Source of the DNA: a virus | Lineage: Duplodnaviria; Caudoviricetes | DNA: 44,995 nucleotides | Reading direction: 5' to 3' (one strand) | IMG/VR virus record: IMGVR_UViG_3300030372_005089 | Coordinates: 1-44,995 of that record | Shown: piece by piece, positions 36,194 through 44,966 of the stretch | Position numbering within the stretch: the stretch's first letter is position 1 | How the letters are laid out: each line of letters opens with the position of its first letter | The notes under the pieces: model-generated | Database searches by the model: none | What the model saw: only the letters and a program-made list of their open reading frames with translations | Told to the model about the DNA's origin: nothing | Program-made: the position numbers and the translations under genes

Positions 36194-36456
36194 TACTTGC
36201 GTTTAACCCCCTTGCCCTTGCGCCACTTGTTGTTGTCCCGCCCACGGTTGCCGTTTTTACCGACTACACGCAGGTTTGACTTTGCGTTGTTGCAAGGATT
36301 GCCGTCCTTGTGGTCAACATCTCGTGGGTCGCCAACCTTGAGGCCCATGATTTTACGAGCCTTGTTTCGGCAAGCACGCCGTTGAATATCAACCTTCGAC
36401 GATTGGTACTTTTGATAGATTTTTTTGTAGTCGCGTTGGCTCATTGGAGTAGACAA
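36193..36456 (-). CDS. Small HNH endonuclease-like protein
   Basis: DVDHKDGNPCNNAKSNLRVV...NR; the start may be ATG 36444. Confidence 0.8.
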   Translation of the reverse strand: MSTPMSQRDYKKIYQKYQSSKVDIQRRACRNKARKIMGLKVGDPRDVDHKDGNPCNNAKSNLRVVGKNGNRGRDNNKWRKGKGVKRK

Positions 36457-37037
36457 ACAAAAATACTACCGAGTTCAGCGCCGCCGCCTCGGTAGTGAGC
36501 AAGTTGCAATCCAGAAAACAAGCCACATGGAACAACTACAAAGCCGGGACCATTTTCAACGCCTTTGTGTGTGATATAAGCATCAGAGGCAAAAGAGCCA
36601 AAGGTATCGGCAGCAGTGCCAAGCTGTACCATTTCTGGTCCGGCGTAACCAGCAACACGGCAAGCCAGTCCCATAACTTCAGCGTCAGTAGTCGAAGCGG
36701 CGTCAGCCCAGTCGTTGACCCTGTTCCATTCAGTAGCAACCGAACAGCCCAGTGTTCCTGCTGGAACAGTAAGAGTGGCATCTCCGGTAGTCTGGATTTC
36801 GCCAAGTTTGCAATTGATTAGTGTGTTTTGGGTTTGCGATGATTCCCCGTCATACCATGTACCCCAAACTTCGCAATTTGATGATCCGCTTACACTGCCA
36901 AGCCCGATCAAACAATAACTAAACCCGTCAGTGTCAACGTAACGTTCTGCATCAACGCTAGTTGCAATTTCATTCACCGTGGTTACAGTAGTGCCAAGCG
37001 TTCTTTCGCCAAGGTTTTTCCATCCATGTACAATCAT
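36441..37037 (-). CDS. Hypothetical, probably virion-associated protein
   Basis: 198 aa, Gly/Thr-rich, GAGG RBS. Confidence 0.65.
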   Translation of the reverse strand: MIVHGWKNLGERTLGTTVTTVNEIATSVDAERYVDTDGFSYCLIGLGSVSGSSNCEVWGTWYDGESSQTQNTLINCKLGEIQTTGDATLTVPAGTLGCSVATEWNRVNDWADAASTTDAEVMGLACRVAGYAGPEMVQLGTAADTFGSFASDAYITHKGVENGPGFVVVPCGLFSGLQLAHYRGGGAELGSIFVCLLQ

Positions 37038-37040
37038 TGA

Positions 37041-37181
37041 TTACCTCGACCTTCGGTTGTTTTCAACCCGTCCACGCGGGCTTTTGCGTGCGCCTTTCTT
37101 TGAACTCTTGAGTGGATGATTTTTTGTGGGCCTTTTTTTACTGCTACCACCACCACCAAGTCCGCCACCACCTTTAGGCAT
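37041..37181 (-). CDS. 46-aa basic Gly-rich peptide MPKGGGGLGGGGSSKK...
   Basis: Translated by hand; fills the intergenic gap; AAGGA upstream. Confidence 0.6.
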   Translation of the reverse strand: MPKGGGGLGGGGSSKKRPTKNHPLKSSKKGARKSPRGRVENNRRSR

Positions 37182-37659
37182 TTGTAGATTCCTTTATTTG
37201 TTCGACAAGTTCTTTGCCTTTAGCCATACCTGCGTTGTATGACTTTTCCTTTTCTTTGGCTACGGCTTTGCTTTCGCCGGGCCGCTTCATAAACAAACCG
37301 GTCGCCATTGTCAGGCCGGAAAACAAAAGTGCACCACCCGGAAAAGATCCGCTGGCTTCGCCAAGTGCACCCATGCCCATGCCGACGATGTTTTCAATCA
37401 TGGCTACACGAGAGTTTGAGTCGTCAATGTTGCGTGCAAGCGTCTCGCTGTTGTTTTCAACCCAACTCTGCCACTGGGTCCAGATGTATTCTGAGTTGCC
37501 GATTGCTTCTCGATCACCAGAATCAATTGCGCCCTGCACTCCTTTAGGCACATTGAATTGGACTACTTTCTGTAGGTCGCAACCTTGGACCGACAAGGAC
37601 ACCAGCAAAACTACCGCTGCTGCGCCTCCAAAGTAGAAAGTCTTCTTGTTAATGTTCAT
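37174..37659 (-). CDS. Membrane lipoprotein-like protein (possible lysis/spanin role)
   Basis: N-terminal hydrophobic stretch ending VQGC (lipobox-like) and a second hydrophobic segment. Confidence 0.55.
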   Translation of the reverse strand: MNINKKTFYFGGAAAVVLLVSLSVQGCDLQKVVQFNVPKGVQGAIDSGDREAIGNSEYIWTQWQSWVENNSETLARNIDDSNSRVAMIENIVGMGMGALGEASGSFPGGALLFSGLTMATGLFMKRPGESKAVAKEKEKSYNAGMAKGKELVEQIKESTNA

Positions 37660-37925
37660 TCTGCTTGCTCCAGCCGGTAGATGCGGCCCTTCAACTCAAC
37701 GAGGACGCGGTCGTGTTCCCCGTCTTTTGTCACACCGGCAACCTGCGCCTTCACCAAATCATGCACAATGCTTTCCAATTCAGCCAAATTTTGCGTTGTT
37801 GTTGTGATGATTTGATCTTTTTTGCCGATTGTAGTAAACACTGCCGCTACGCCAAGCAATAGAATAACAACTTGGAGTCCGTGCAGCAATGTTTGTATGT
37901 GAAATTCTGTGCCGCCTTTATTCAT
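37656..37925 (-). CDS. Small membrane protein with coiled coil (holin-like)
   Basis: One TM segment LQVVILLLGVAAVF followed by heptads. Confidence 0.5.
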   Translation of the reverse strand: MNKGGTEFHIQTLLHGLQVVILLLGVAAVFTTIGKKDQIITTTTQNLAELESIVHDLVKAQVAGVTKDGEHDRVLVELKGRIYRLEQAE

Positions 37926-38163
37926 CCTGATCTTCCTCTGGAACTTCCAGTTCTTGGTAAATGAATGTTTCGGTTTGGAAGGCGTGCTGAATCAAACTGT
38001 TGCACAAAAGTTCGTTCCCGTACTGGGCCACGAACGAGCGCGTCTTGTTTTGTCTAGTTGAACTTCCAATAACTACAATTGCGTCGCAACCAGATTCCTG
38101 CATGTCTGCAGCAAATCTGCCCAAAATTTCCTTTTGGACCTTACTCAGTCTTGGCTTGGACAT
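37918..38163 (-). CDS. Hypothetical protein
   Basis: ATG at 38163 (MSKPRLSK) overlapping the upstream TGA. Confidence 0.65.
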   Translation of the reverse strand: MSKPRLSKVQKEILGRFAADMQESGCDAIVVIGSSTRQNKTRSFVAQYGNELLCNSLIQHAFQTETFIYQELEVPEEDQDE

Positions 38164-39026
38164 CAGCGGGCCTCCAAGATTTCGTAGTCTATGCAATCCG
38201 CAGATCCTTTTAGGTAATGGAATACACGCAGCCAGTACGCGCCTTGAGGCTTCGGTGGACCCCCACGGTGGTTGTGCCATCCATCGCCACCTGAAAACTC
38301 GTCCTTGTACCCCGGAATGCGAACGTGTGTTTGCCGGTCAATATACGGCCTTCCGTTAGGACTGAGCCTAGAACGAGAAACAGGCATCACCCACGAGTCG
38401 TGGGTGTGGCCGCTGGCCACAATATGGGCGTCTGGGAGGTAGACGCCCATACGGTTGGTTTGGATCACCCCCCTAGTTACCGGCCCACCGCCTCCGTAGC
38501 CGTGATGATAATAAAGAACAAGACTTCCAGCAGATTGCTTTTTGGCCCTCATGGGCTTCAATCGGATATACCCGCAGTAAGCACCAACCACCGGGTTGCC
38601 GTTTTTGCTTCGGCCCAGTTGTTCCGCAAACCTTTCGGTTAAATCCGTTTCATGCCGTTTTAGAATAGAGGTCTCATGGTTGCCCGGAGACATGAAAAGC
38701 CAGTTTGATTTGTATGGATGGTAAAAATCAGTGGCTGTTTCTACGAGTGAATCCAGATACCTCCCTCGCTGGTGCTCTGGTCGGCATTGCGAGGTGTCTG
38801 ATCTGAAGTCATATTTGCCTTGCATTGCGCAAAAAAGATCGCCAAAATCCAAGATTCCGGCGTCGCGCTCCAAGGCTTCATCAAGATGTTTTTTTTCAAA
38901 TTCCCAGTTGGTGTGTGCGTTGTCGTGGTGTCGGTCACTCGACAACAGAAACCACTTTTCCCACCCTGCTCTAGGAACATCAAATGAGATTTCGTGACTA
39001 TCTTTCGAGAAACTCGTGATTTTCAT
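38163..39026 (-). CDS. Calcineurin-like metallophosphoesterase
   Basis: SDRH, GD, GNHE, HHG and GHTH motifs. Confidence 0.88.
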   Translation of the reverse strand: MKITSFSKDSHEISFDVPRAGWEKWFLLSSDRHHDNAHTNWEFEKKHLDEALERDAGILDFGDLFCAMQGKYDFRSDTSQCRPEHQRGRYLDSLVETATDFYHPYKSNWLFMSPGNHETSILKRHETDLTERFAEQLGRSKNGNPVVGAYCGYIRLKPMRAKKQSAGSLVLYYHHGYGGGGPVTRGVIQTNRMGVYLPDAHIVASGHTHDSWVMPVSRSRLSPNGRPYIDRQTHVRIPGYKDEFSGGDGWHNHRGGPPKPQGAYWLRVFHYLKGSADCIDYEILEAR

Positions 39027-39038
39027 TTCTCGCCCCCC

Positions 39039-39083
39039 AAAAAAGAATCGCTGGCGGAGTAGAGGTGTGCCTCCGCCAGCGAT
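39039..39083 (-). terminator. Rho-independent terminator ending the replication operon
   Basis: 13-bp stem 39047-39059/39071-39083 followed by TCTTTTTT on the minus strand. Confidence 0.75.
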
Positions 39084-39101
39084 CCTAATCAGAGATAGCG
39101 A

Positions 39102-39494
39102 TTAAATAGTACCTTCTTCTTCGACTTCTTTCGCTGTAATCTTGACAAAAGTTGATTTATCTGGGCTTTTTTCTTGGTCGACGTACAGGTTTATGTGCTT
39201 TGGCGTATCGTCTGGAATGATTTTGTAGCCACGGATGGCATCAATCAATGGCTTGCACGCCCCGTACAGGTTGTCCTTGTCAAGTGCACGTTTTCTGTAA
39301 CCGTAGAACCTTGTGATCTTCAGTTCGATCTTAGGTTCCAGTTCAATCATTTCTTCGCCGTAAGCCATGAGATGAACCTCGATGGCTTTCTTCCACCTAC
39401 CTCGCTGGGCAAAGTGCATCCTGTACAGGCGGTTCGGGCTGATTAGGTCGAAGTCCGGGATTGTTGCGCTCCACGATTTTGGACACTTGGTCAT
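39102..39494 (-). CDS. RusA-like Holliday junction resolvase
   Basis: LDKDNL...KPLIDAI...IPDD catalytic pattern. Confidence 0.8.
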   Translation of the reverse strand: MTKCPKSWSATIPDFDLISPNRLYRMHFAQRGRWKKAIEVHLMAYGEEMIELEPKIELKITRFYGYRKRALDKDNLYGACKPLIDAIRGYKIIPDDTPKHINLYVDQEKSPDKSTFVKITAKEVEEEGTI

Positions 39495-39633
39495 ACAAGT
39501 AATCTACCCTTCTTGCCATGGTCCAGTGATCAGGGATTTCTTCCATCATGGAAACCTGCTTCGCATTGGGTATTTTGCTCATGAAATCTGTGACAAAAAC
39601 CAGTTTGTCGTCGTAGGTAATTTTGCTAGACAT
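39397..39633 (-). CDS. Hypothetical protein
   Basis: Start coupled to the primase stop, but overlaps the RusA-like gene by about 98 nt. Confidence 0.45.
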   Translation of the reverse strand: MSSKITYDDKLVFVTDFMSKIPNAKQVSMMEEIPDHWTMARRVDYLYDQVSKIVERNNPGLRPNQPEPPVQDALCPAR

Positions 39634-40426
39634 TGCGGGCCTTCCTTATTTTTTCAAGAACCTGATCACGAGTAACGCCGGATGCAACCCAATCCCTAGC
39701 ATCTTTGCACCCGTCAGGCTCGATGATGACTGACCGGGGAAGGCTCTTTGCCAGCCGCCTAGCACCGATCCGGCCAGCGTCGTCGGCATCGGCAAGAATG
39801 GCAACTGGATTGTCTCTCACTAATTCCTTGACGAGCCGGTCACCCGAATTGCAACTGGCACGCCCGATCGCGTTGAAGTCAATATCAAGCATTGCTGCCG
39901 TGTCGGTTGGTCCTTCACAGATGAGGATTCCACGGGAGAGTGTGAAAGACGAGGGCACGAACAATCCCTGCTTACTTCCTTTGGCTGCAAACTTGCTTCC
40001 ATTCTTTGCCCTAAATCGGATACCCAAAAACCGGTTTCCAGACCGCAACATAGGAAAGGCATAGGCGTGATTGGTCTTGGAAAAGCCAACCCGCATTTGG
40101 TCTAGGGATTTCGATGAAATGCCCAAATCGTCAGACAGAGATTCCAGCACATCTTTGTCCATCTGTCTACGGTATTTGTCAAAAATTACAGACAGGATTG
40201 AGTTGTGCTCCGGTAACGGTTTGGGTGCGGCCCTAAGTCTTGGCTTGGGGCTGGTGTCATCTCCAAACTTGTGCAGCCACCCAGAACCGTCGATGTACGC
40301 CACAGACCCCTTTTCCGCCCTCGGGCATATCGCAGCGCTTCCGTTGACGGCGATCAAACACCAATCAAACTTGTTGCACACTGGGCACGGTTTTTTTCTG
40401 CTTGCTCTGATCCACTCTGATTCCAT
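39626..40426 (-). CDS. DNA primase (Zn finger + TOPRIM)
   Basis: CPVC...WC...C; ICEGPTD; ADADDAG; KDARDW; GGAGATAGCA leader. Confidence 0.85.
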   Translation of the reverse strand: MESEWIRASRKKPCPVCNKFDWCLIAVNGSAAICPRAEKGSVAYIDGSGWLHKFGDDTSPKPRLRAAPKPLPEHNSILSVIFDKYRRQMDKDVLESLSDDLGISSKSLDQMRVGFSKTNHAYAFPMLRSGNRFLGIRFRAKNGSKFAAKGSKQGLFVPSSFTLSRGILICEGPTDTAAMLDIDFNAIGRASCNSGDRLVKELVRDNPVAILADADDAGRIGARRLAKSLPRSVIIEPDGCKDARDWVASGVTRDQVLEKIRKARNV

Positions 40427-40438
40427 TGCTATCTCCGA

Positions 40439-42073
40439 TCAGTTGGTGGGCTTCCACCCATTTCTTGCTAGTTGGTCGAGAAGGCCCGACGCCTCCTTGA
40501 ACGACATCTTTGATGTGTTGAAACCATACCTCTCCAAAACCTTTGCTTGCTTGAAAGAGCATCGGTTCTTCTTAATTCTCTTGATGAGTTCGTTGTGGAG
40601 CATTTTCTGCTCCTGCGGGGAATACTTTGCAGGGTCAATGCCTGCCCTTGTCAGCATCGCCATTTGATTGCCGCTCAATCCACCCTTCATCGGAACAAAC
40701 TTAGCGGACTCCCTCTTGATCCCCAGCGTAGAGAACGGATCGGATTCACGGGTCTTGTAAGAAACCTTGTCGGCCTTGAATGTTGACCGCTTCCGTTTCT
40801 GTTTCTCCTCTTCCTCTTCGATTTCAACTTTGGCAATCTCGATGGCCTCGGCCACGTCGTTGGTAACGCCTTTGTCCACGATTTCATAGGCACGATCAAG
40901 CACGTCCTCAGGCTCATCGCCGCCGAGAATGTCGGGGGCGTGTATCAGCCGGTGCTGGCCGCTGTTGCCTGCGAAGTCGATGACGTGGCAATGGGGCTTG
41001 ACGGATGACGCAATGGCCGAGACGCGATCCTCTGCGGTCGGCAGGCCATCGACGACACCGGGGGCCGGTCTGGTACCTCGCCCAACCATCTGCGCGTAAA
41101 GGCTACGGCTTTTGGTTGGCCTCGCCATGGCGACGCAGCCGACCCCCGGTACGTCGAAGCCCTCAGTCGCCACACCTACGTTGACGAGAATCTGAAGGCT
41201 GCCGTCCCGAAAACGGGAAACAACATCTCTCCTTCGGTCCGGTTCCATTTTCCCGGACACGAACCCAGCACTGGCAGGCTTGTACCGATCAAAAATCTCG
41301 GCCAGCCTTTCTGCCTGCCTCACTGAAGCTGCAAATACTAGCGTCTGTTCTTCGCCAATCAAGTCCAGTGTTGGAACGGCAACCCCGTGCAGAACTTTTT
41401 CAAACTCCATCAGGGCGGCAAGGTCGGTTTTGTTTAGGTCGCCAGCAGTGCTGCGAACATTGCTGAAGTCCAAGCCGTCAACAGAAACCACAGTGTTCTT
41501 GATCGGTGCAAGCCATCCATCTGCAACTGCCTGCTTGATGTTGTAATCGAATGCAACCGTTTCAAAAACAGATCCCAACGCCAACTTGTCGGAGCGATCC
41601 GGCGTAGCGGTGAAACCTAAAATTTTGCAGTTTCCGTTTTTTTTGTGGAACCAATTCAATACTCGTCTGTATGAGGTAGAAACTGCATGGTGAGCCTCGT
41701 CAACGATCACCAACGAAAACTCATCAGGATCAAAACGCTCGAATCTTCTTCCCTGATGAAGTTTGGCGTTCAAAGTTTGAACAGACGCAACAACTACCTT
41801 TGACTTCCCGAACGGTCCTTCGTTCGACCACAAGACCGATTGCTCGATCTCTGGTCTTGCTCCTGATGTCATCTCGATTTTCTCAGCGGCTTGCACCAAG
41901 AGTTCCTCTCGGTGTGCAATAACCATGCACCGCTTCGACGCCATCTTGGCGGCTTCCGCGAACAGGATGGTCTTGCCTGTTCCTGTCGGGGAAACCACCA
42001 AGGCCGACTTGTGCGAACGGAGGGCGTCGCATACCCCCCGAATCGCACGTTGTTGATAATCACGAAGTTGCAA
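40439..42073 (-). CDS. Superfamily 2 (DEAH) helicase
   Basis: LRDYQ, PTGTGKT, DEAHH, TAT, EGFD, QMVGRGTR; TTG at 42073 follows GGAGATAGCA. Confidence 0.92.
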   Translation of the reverse strand: MQLRDYQQRAIRGVCDALRSHKSALVVSPTGTGKTILFAEAAKMASKRCMVIAHREELLVQAAEKIEMTSGARPEIEQSVLWSNEGPFGKSKVVVASVQTLNAKLHQGRRFERFDPDEFSLVIVDEAHHAVSTSYRRVLNWFHKKNGNCKILGFTATPDRSDKLALGSVFETVAFDYNIKQAVADGWLAPIKNTVVSVDGLDFSNVRSTAGDLNKTDLAALMEFEKVLHGVAVPTLDLIGEEQTLVFAASVRQAERLAEIFDRYKPASAGFVSGKMEPDRRRDVVSRFRDGSLQILVNVGVATEGFDVPGVGCVAMARPTKSRSLYAQMVGRGTRPAPGVVDGLPTAEDRVSAIASSVKPHCHVIDFAGNSGQHRLIHAPDILGGDEPEDVLDRAYEIVDKGVTNDVAEAIEIAKVEIEEEEEKQKRKRSTFKADKVSYKTRESDPFSTLGIKRESAKFVPMKGGLSGNQMAMLTRAGIDPAKYSPQEQKMLHNELIKRIKKNRCSFKQAKVLERYGFNTSKMSFKEASGLLDQLARNGWKPTN

Positions 42074-42095
42074 GGCTGCTATCTCCAACTTCTAT

Positions 42096-42809
42096 TCACT
42101 GGTCGCTTGCGATTTCTCTGGCCTTGGGAATCCAACCCAAACCATGGCAGTGCGCGCACCCGTTGCCGTTGCAATGCGGGCAAACTGCGTGCGGCTTTGC
42201 AAACTTGATTGATTCGGCCACGTCCCTGATCTTGATCGCCAATGGCTGGTAGGAAAGCCATCGGCCATCCGGTGTGTTGGACAGGGTTTGGAGAAGTTCC
42301 TTGGCCTGTCGCAGCATCGACACAACTTCATCGAACGGCTCGGAGAGCATGTCCACGTTGATCGTGCTGCCTACCTCCCGGTCAACGACCTCCTTCTCCT
42401 GCCGGGCCTTCTTGAGCAGTCCGCCCGTCACCTTCTTGCCGGACTCTTCGGCTGCCTCTTCGGCTCGATCCCAAACCTCCTTGGCTTCCGCTACATCCAA
42501 GCCTTCAAGGGCAAGAGATTGGTTTGGGTTCTCGACCGGCACGCCCGCCTCAACCATCTTTGCAGCATTGATACAGCGGTAGACATATTGTTTGGAGTAT
42601 CCAAGCCGTTCCTTGCAGAACTGCTCGAAGGAGCCGAAGTCCATCTTCCAGTATTGGTTCTGGTAAATCTCAAGCAGGTAGATCAACTTTTCCTGTTCGC
42701 ACTTGTGGATGCGATCAACCAAATACTCAACTCGCTCAAGAATTTCCCCTTCGGTTGCCGGTGCCATAGGCACTTCGGGCGGCTCGATTTTTGCCAGATC
42801 AGAATTCAA
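42096..42809 (-). CDS. Putative DNA-binding protein: HTH-like segment plus C-terminal CxxCxGxG zinc finger
   Basis: FEQFCKERLGYSKQYVYRCINAA (DUF3102/ParB-HTH-like); CPHCNGNGCAHCHGLG. Confidence 0.65.
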   Translation of the reverse strand: MNSDLAKIEPPEVPMAPATEGEILERVEYLVDRIHKCEQEKLIYLLEIYQNQYWKMDFGSFEQFCKERLGYSKQYVYRCINAAKMVEAGVPVENPNQSLALEGLDVAEAKEVWDRAEEAAEESGKKVTGGLLKKARQEKEVVDREVGSTINVDMLSEPFDEVVSMLRQAKELLQTLSNTPDGRWLSYQPLAIKIRDVAESIKFAKPHAVCPHCNGNGCAHCHGLGWIPKAREIASDQ

Positions 42810-43668
42810 TGTCGTCCTCGCTTTCTTCTACGGGTTCCATTTCTTTTTGCACGGTTGCAATAAGTTCTTCGAAGTGTGCGTCGTGAGCGTCAGGCCAATC
42901 GACCTTCTTCTGCTTGCAATCTCTAGCCCAGACCAAGATGTAGCCAAGAAAGATGTCGTCGCAGGTGCCATCGGTGGGCAGGCCAAGTTCGGAAAGCATC
43001 TTGACTACGGCACGCACGGTGTCGTCTCGATTCATGCCGGACCAGCCTTGGATCTCGTTGATCAACGCAACCCTGATCGGAACTTCCTTGGGTTCGCTGG
43101 GTTCGTCAACCACAGTTGACTCCTCTGGCTGCTCAGGAACGGCACGTTGGGCTGGTGGCGGGTTCCTGCTGGACGGGTCGTCGACCTCCAGTTCGCCGTG
43201 CTGCTCGACGTAGACCGGTGCAGCGCCCAATGCGTCGGGGCAGTGGGCACGGTATCCAGCACTGATGCAGCGAGCGAACAGCATCGCTTCGGGGTACTGC
43301 TTCCAAGTGAAGTTCTTGGTCAGGTTCGCCCGTTGCGCTTGTGCCATCGAAAACGAATGCTCACCCAAGGGATGTCGGCCAGATCCGTCGACTCGGAAAA
43401 ACTGGATCTCGCACAGTTGATCCGTGTTGGTCCGCACTTCGTAGTCGTACTTGCCGCTTGCCTTGATCGCACTCGCCATCACGTTGGCGTGCATGTTGAC
43501 CTTGCCTTGCCGCAGGTACAGACCAGTCACGCTGTCATAATCTGAAATGTTGAACCCTCGACCGATGATCAGCAAGGTTGCTGCTTGCTCTTCGGATTTC
43601 AGGTCTGGAAACATGCCTGACTGCACGAAATGCCGTGCTGTCTGCTCAATACTCATTGGGTAGTTCAT
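42799..43668 (-). CDS. RecT/Red-beta-like single-strand annealing protein
   Basis: WKQYPEAMLFAR...R..CPDAL motif; ATG at 43668 with GAGGAG RBS; next to the exonuclease. Confidence 0.75.
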   Translation of the reverse strand: MNYPMSIEQTARHFVQSGMFPDLKSEEQAATLLIIGRGFNISDYDSVTGLYLRQGKVNMHANVMASAIKASGKYDYEVRTNTDQLCEIQFFRVDGSGRHPLGEHSFSMAQAQRANLTKNFTWKQYPEAMLFARCISAGYRAHCPDALGAAPVYVEQHGELEVDDPSSRNPPPAQRAVPEQPEESTVVDEPSEPKEVPIRVALINEIQGWSGMNRDDTVRAVVKMLSELGLPTDGTCDDIFLGYILVWARDCKQKKVDWPDAHDAHFEELIATVQKEMEPVEESEDDIEF

Positions 43669-43790
43669 CTCTTGCTCCTCTTCTTGTAGCCGGTTCGGGG
43701 TTGGGCCTTGGCTTTGGATCTGTCCTTGTGGTTCAGTTGTCGGCGTTCTCGGGCAACACCTAAAGTAAACCTCTTCCAAGCATGGTTCAT
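43665..43790 (-). CDS. 41-aa basic peptide MNHAWKRFTLGV...
   Basis: Translated by hand; GGAGATAGCA leader; ATGA overlaps at both ends. Confidence 0.65.
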   Translation of the reverse strand: MNHAWKRFTLGVARERRQLNHKDRSKAKAQPRTGYKKRSKR

Positions 43791-44713
43791 TGGTTGCTAT
43801 CTCCAATAGTTGCTGTGTCAAAACGTGTGCAGAATGCTTCTGCATCGCATATTCTACAGGATACCGGGTCAGGGTTCAAGGGGAAAACATCGTTTTCCAC
43901 CATTTTTGCCCTCATTTTTAGTTCGGCCTTTATTAGGTGTTCTTGTGCGCTGTCATATTCGACGCGGTACAACACCGAACGCATGGGCCGAAGGTCGCCC
44001 TTGACGAACTCCTGTTCTTCGCCTTGGTCGTTGAATGCGGTTGTTCGGCGTGTGTACGGTTTGAGGCCGGGCAAGTGAATCCAAAATAGAACTGCGTCTT
44101 CACCATAGTCCATCCATTCAAACGCCTTGGGCCCGCACTTTAGGTAGCCCCATTTGGCCATCATGTAGTACAAGGCAAACTGCATGTTGCGGGCGAGGTA
44201 CTGGTGCGAGGGGGATTGTTGCCTCCACTTCCAATCCATAACCAAAAGTTTCCCCTTGCCGTAACCAAACACGCCATTGGTGTCCCGAACAACTAGATCG
44301 AGGTGCGATGCGAATTTTATCTCGCCATCCTCGGTCGAAAGGCTGTATCGAGCGGGAACTTCCGTACCAAGCAATTCGCACTGATGAAAAAGATGAGCGA
44401 AACGGTCGCGGTAAAGATTCAGGCAATCCGTAACCTCTGCCAAGATGTCCAATCGGTTTTCTTCTACCGACTGGGTGAGCATGCGGTTTTCCTCTGCGAG
44501 TTGCTTCTGGATAAACGCAGCAGCAGAAACGGTCACGTTGGATGTGTCCTGATCGAATCCTTCTTGGTGCAGCAGTTCGCACGCCCGGCCAGCCACCAAG
44601 CCTCGGTACAAAGCCGTGGTTGCCTCGCCGTTCACTTCACCCATCAGCCGGTGGTATGTCTTACGCAGGCAGTCCGTCGTCAACTCGCTGCTGTGAATCT
44701 CCGCCAGTCTCAT
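43787..44713 (-). CDS. PD-(D/E)XK (RecB/Cas4-like) exonuclease with possible Fe-S Cys ligands
   Basis: HLDLV, MDWK, QFALY motifs; N-terminal Cys plus C-terminal CRIC...C; ATG at 44713 after GGAGATAGCA. Confidence 0.82.
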   Translation of the reverse strand: MRLAEIHSSELTTDCLRKTYHRLMGEVNGEATTALYRGLVAGRACELLHQEGFDQDTSNVTVSAAAFIQKQLAEENRMLTQSVEENRLDILAEVTDCLNLYRDRFAHLFHQCELLGTEVPARYSLSTEDGEIKFASHLDLVVRDTNGVFGYGKGKLLVMDWKWRQQSPSHQYLARNMQFALYYMMAKWGYLKCGPKAFEWMDYGEDAVLFWIHLPGLKPYTRRTTAFNDQGEEQEFVKGDLRPMRSVLYRVEYDSAQEHLIKAELKMRAKMVENDVFPLNPDPVSCRICDAEAFCTRFDTATIGDSNQ

Positions 44714-44966
44714 TGCTATCTCCTTGTCCAACAAAGTTGGTTCGCGAACCAACTTCAATACTTTCTTTGCTTGCAACGATGCCGTTAATTACACGGTCAA
44801 TTTTTGCCACATACTCCAGTGTTGGTGACGACTTTCCATTCAGGACGTTGTACAGATGCGGAAGATTTACCCCTGCACAAAAAGCAACAGACCTTACCGA
44901 AATGCCGTACTTCTTCATTGCCAGTTTCCATGTTTGAGGCAGGTTTACAATGTCGATATTGTTCAT
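44661..44966 (-). CDS. XRE/Cro-family HTH regulator
   Basis: GISVRSVAFCAGVNLPHLYNVLNGKSSPTLEYVAKI; AAGGAG RBS. Confidence 0.8.
   Translation of the reverse strand: MNNIDIVNLPQTWKLAMKKYGISVRSVAFCAGVNLPHLYNVLNGKSSPTLEYVAKIDRVINGIVASKESIEVGSRTNFVGQGDSNETGGDSQQRVDDGLPA
44734..44755. repeat. Palindrome motif A (22-bp perfect)
   Basis: AAGTTGGTTCGCGAACCAACTT, upstream of the exonuclease RBS and inside the 3' end of the HTH gene. Confidence 0.92.

Noticed and set aside
43669-43845. N-terminal extension of the RecT-like ORF in the track
   Set aside because: Better explained by a separate 41-aa ORF with its own RBS and ATGA overlaps, with the annealase starting at 43668
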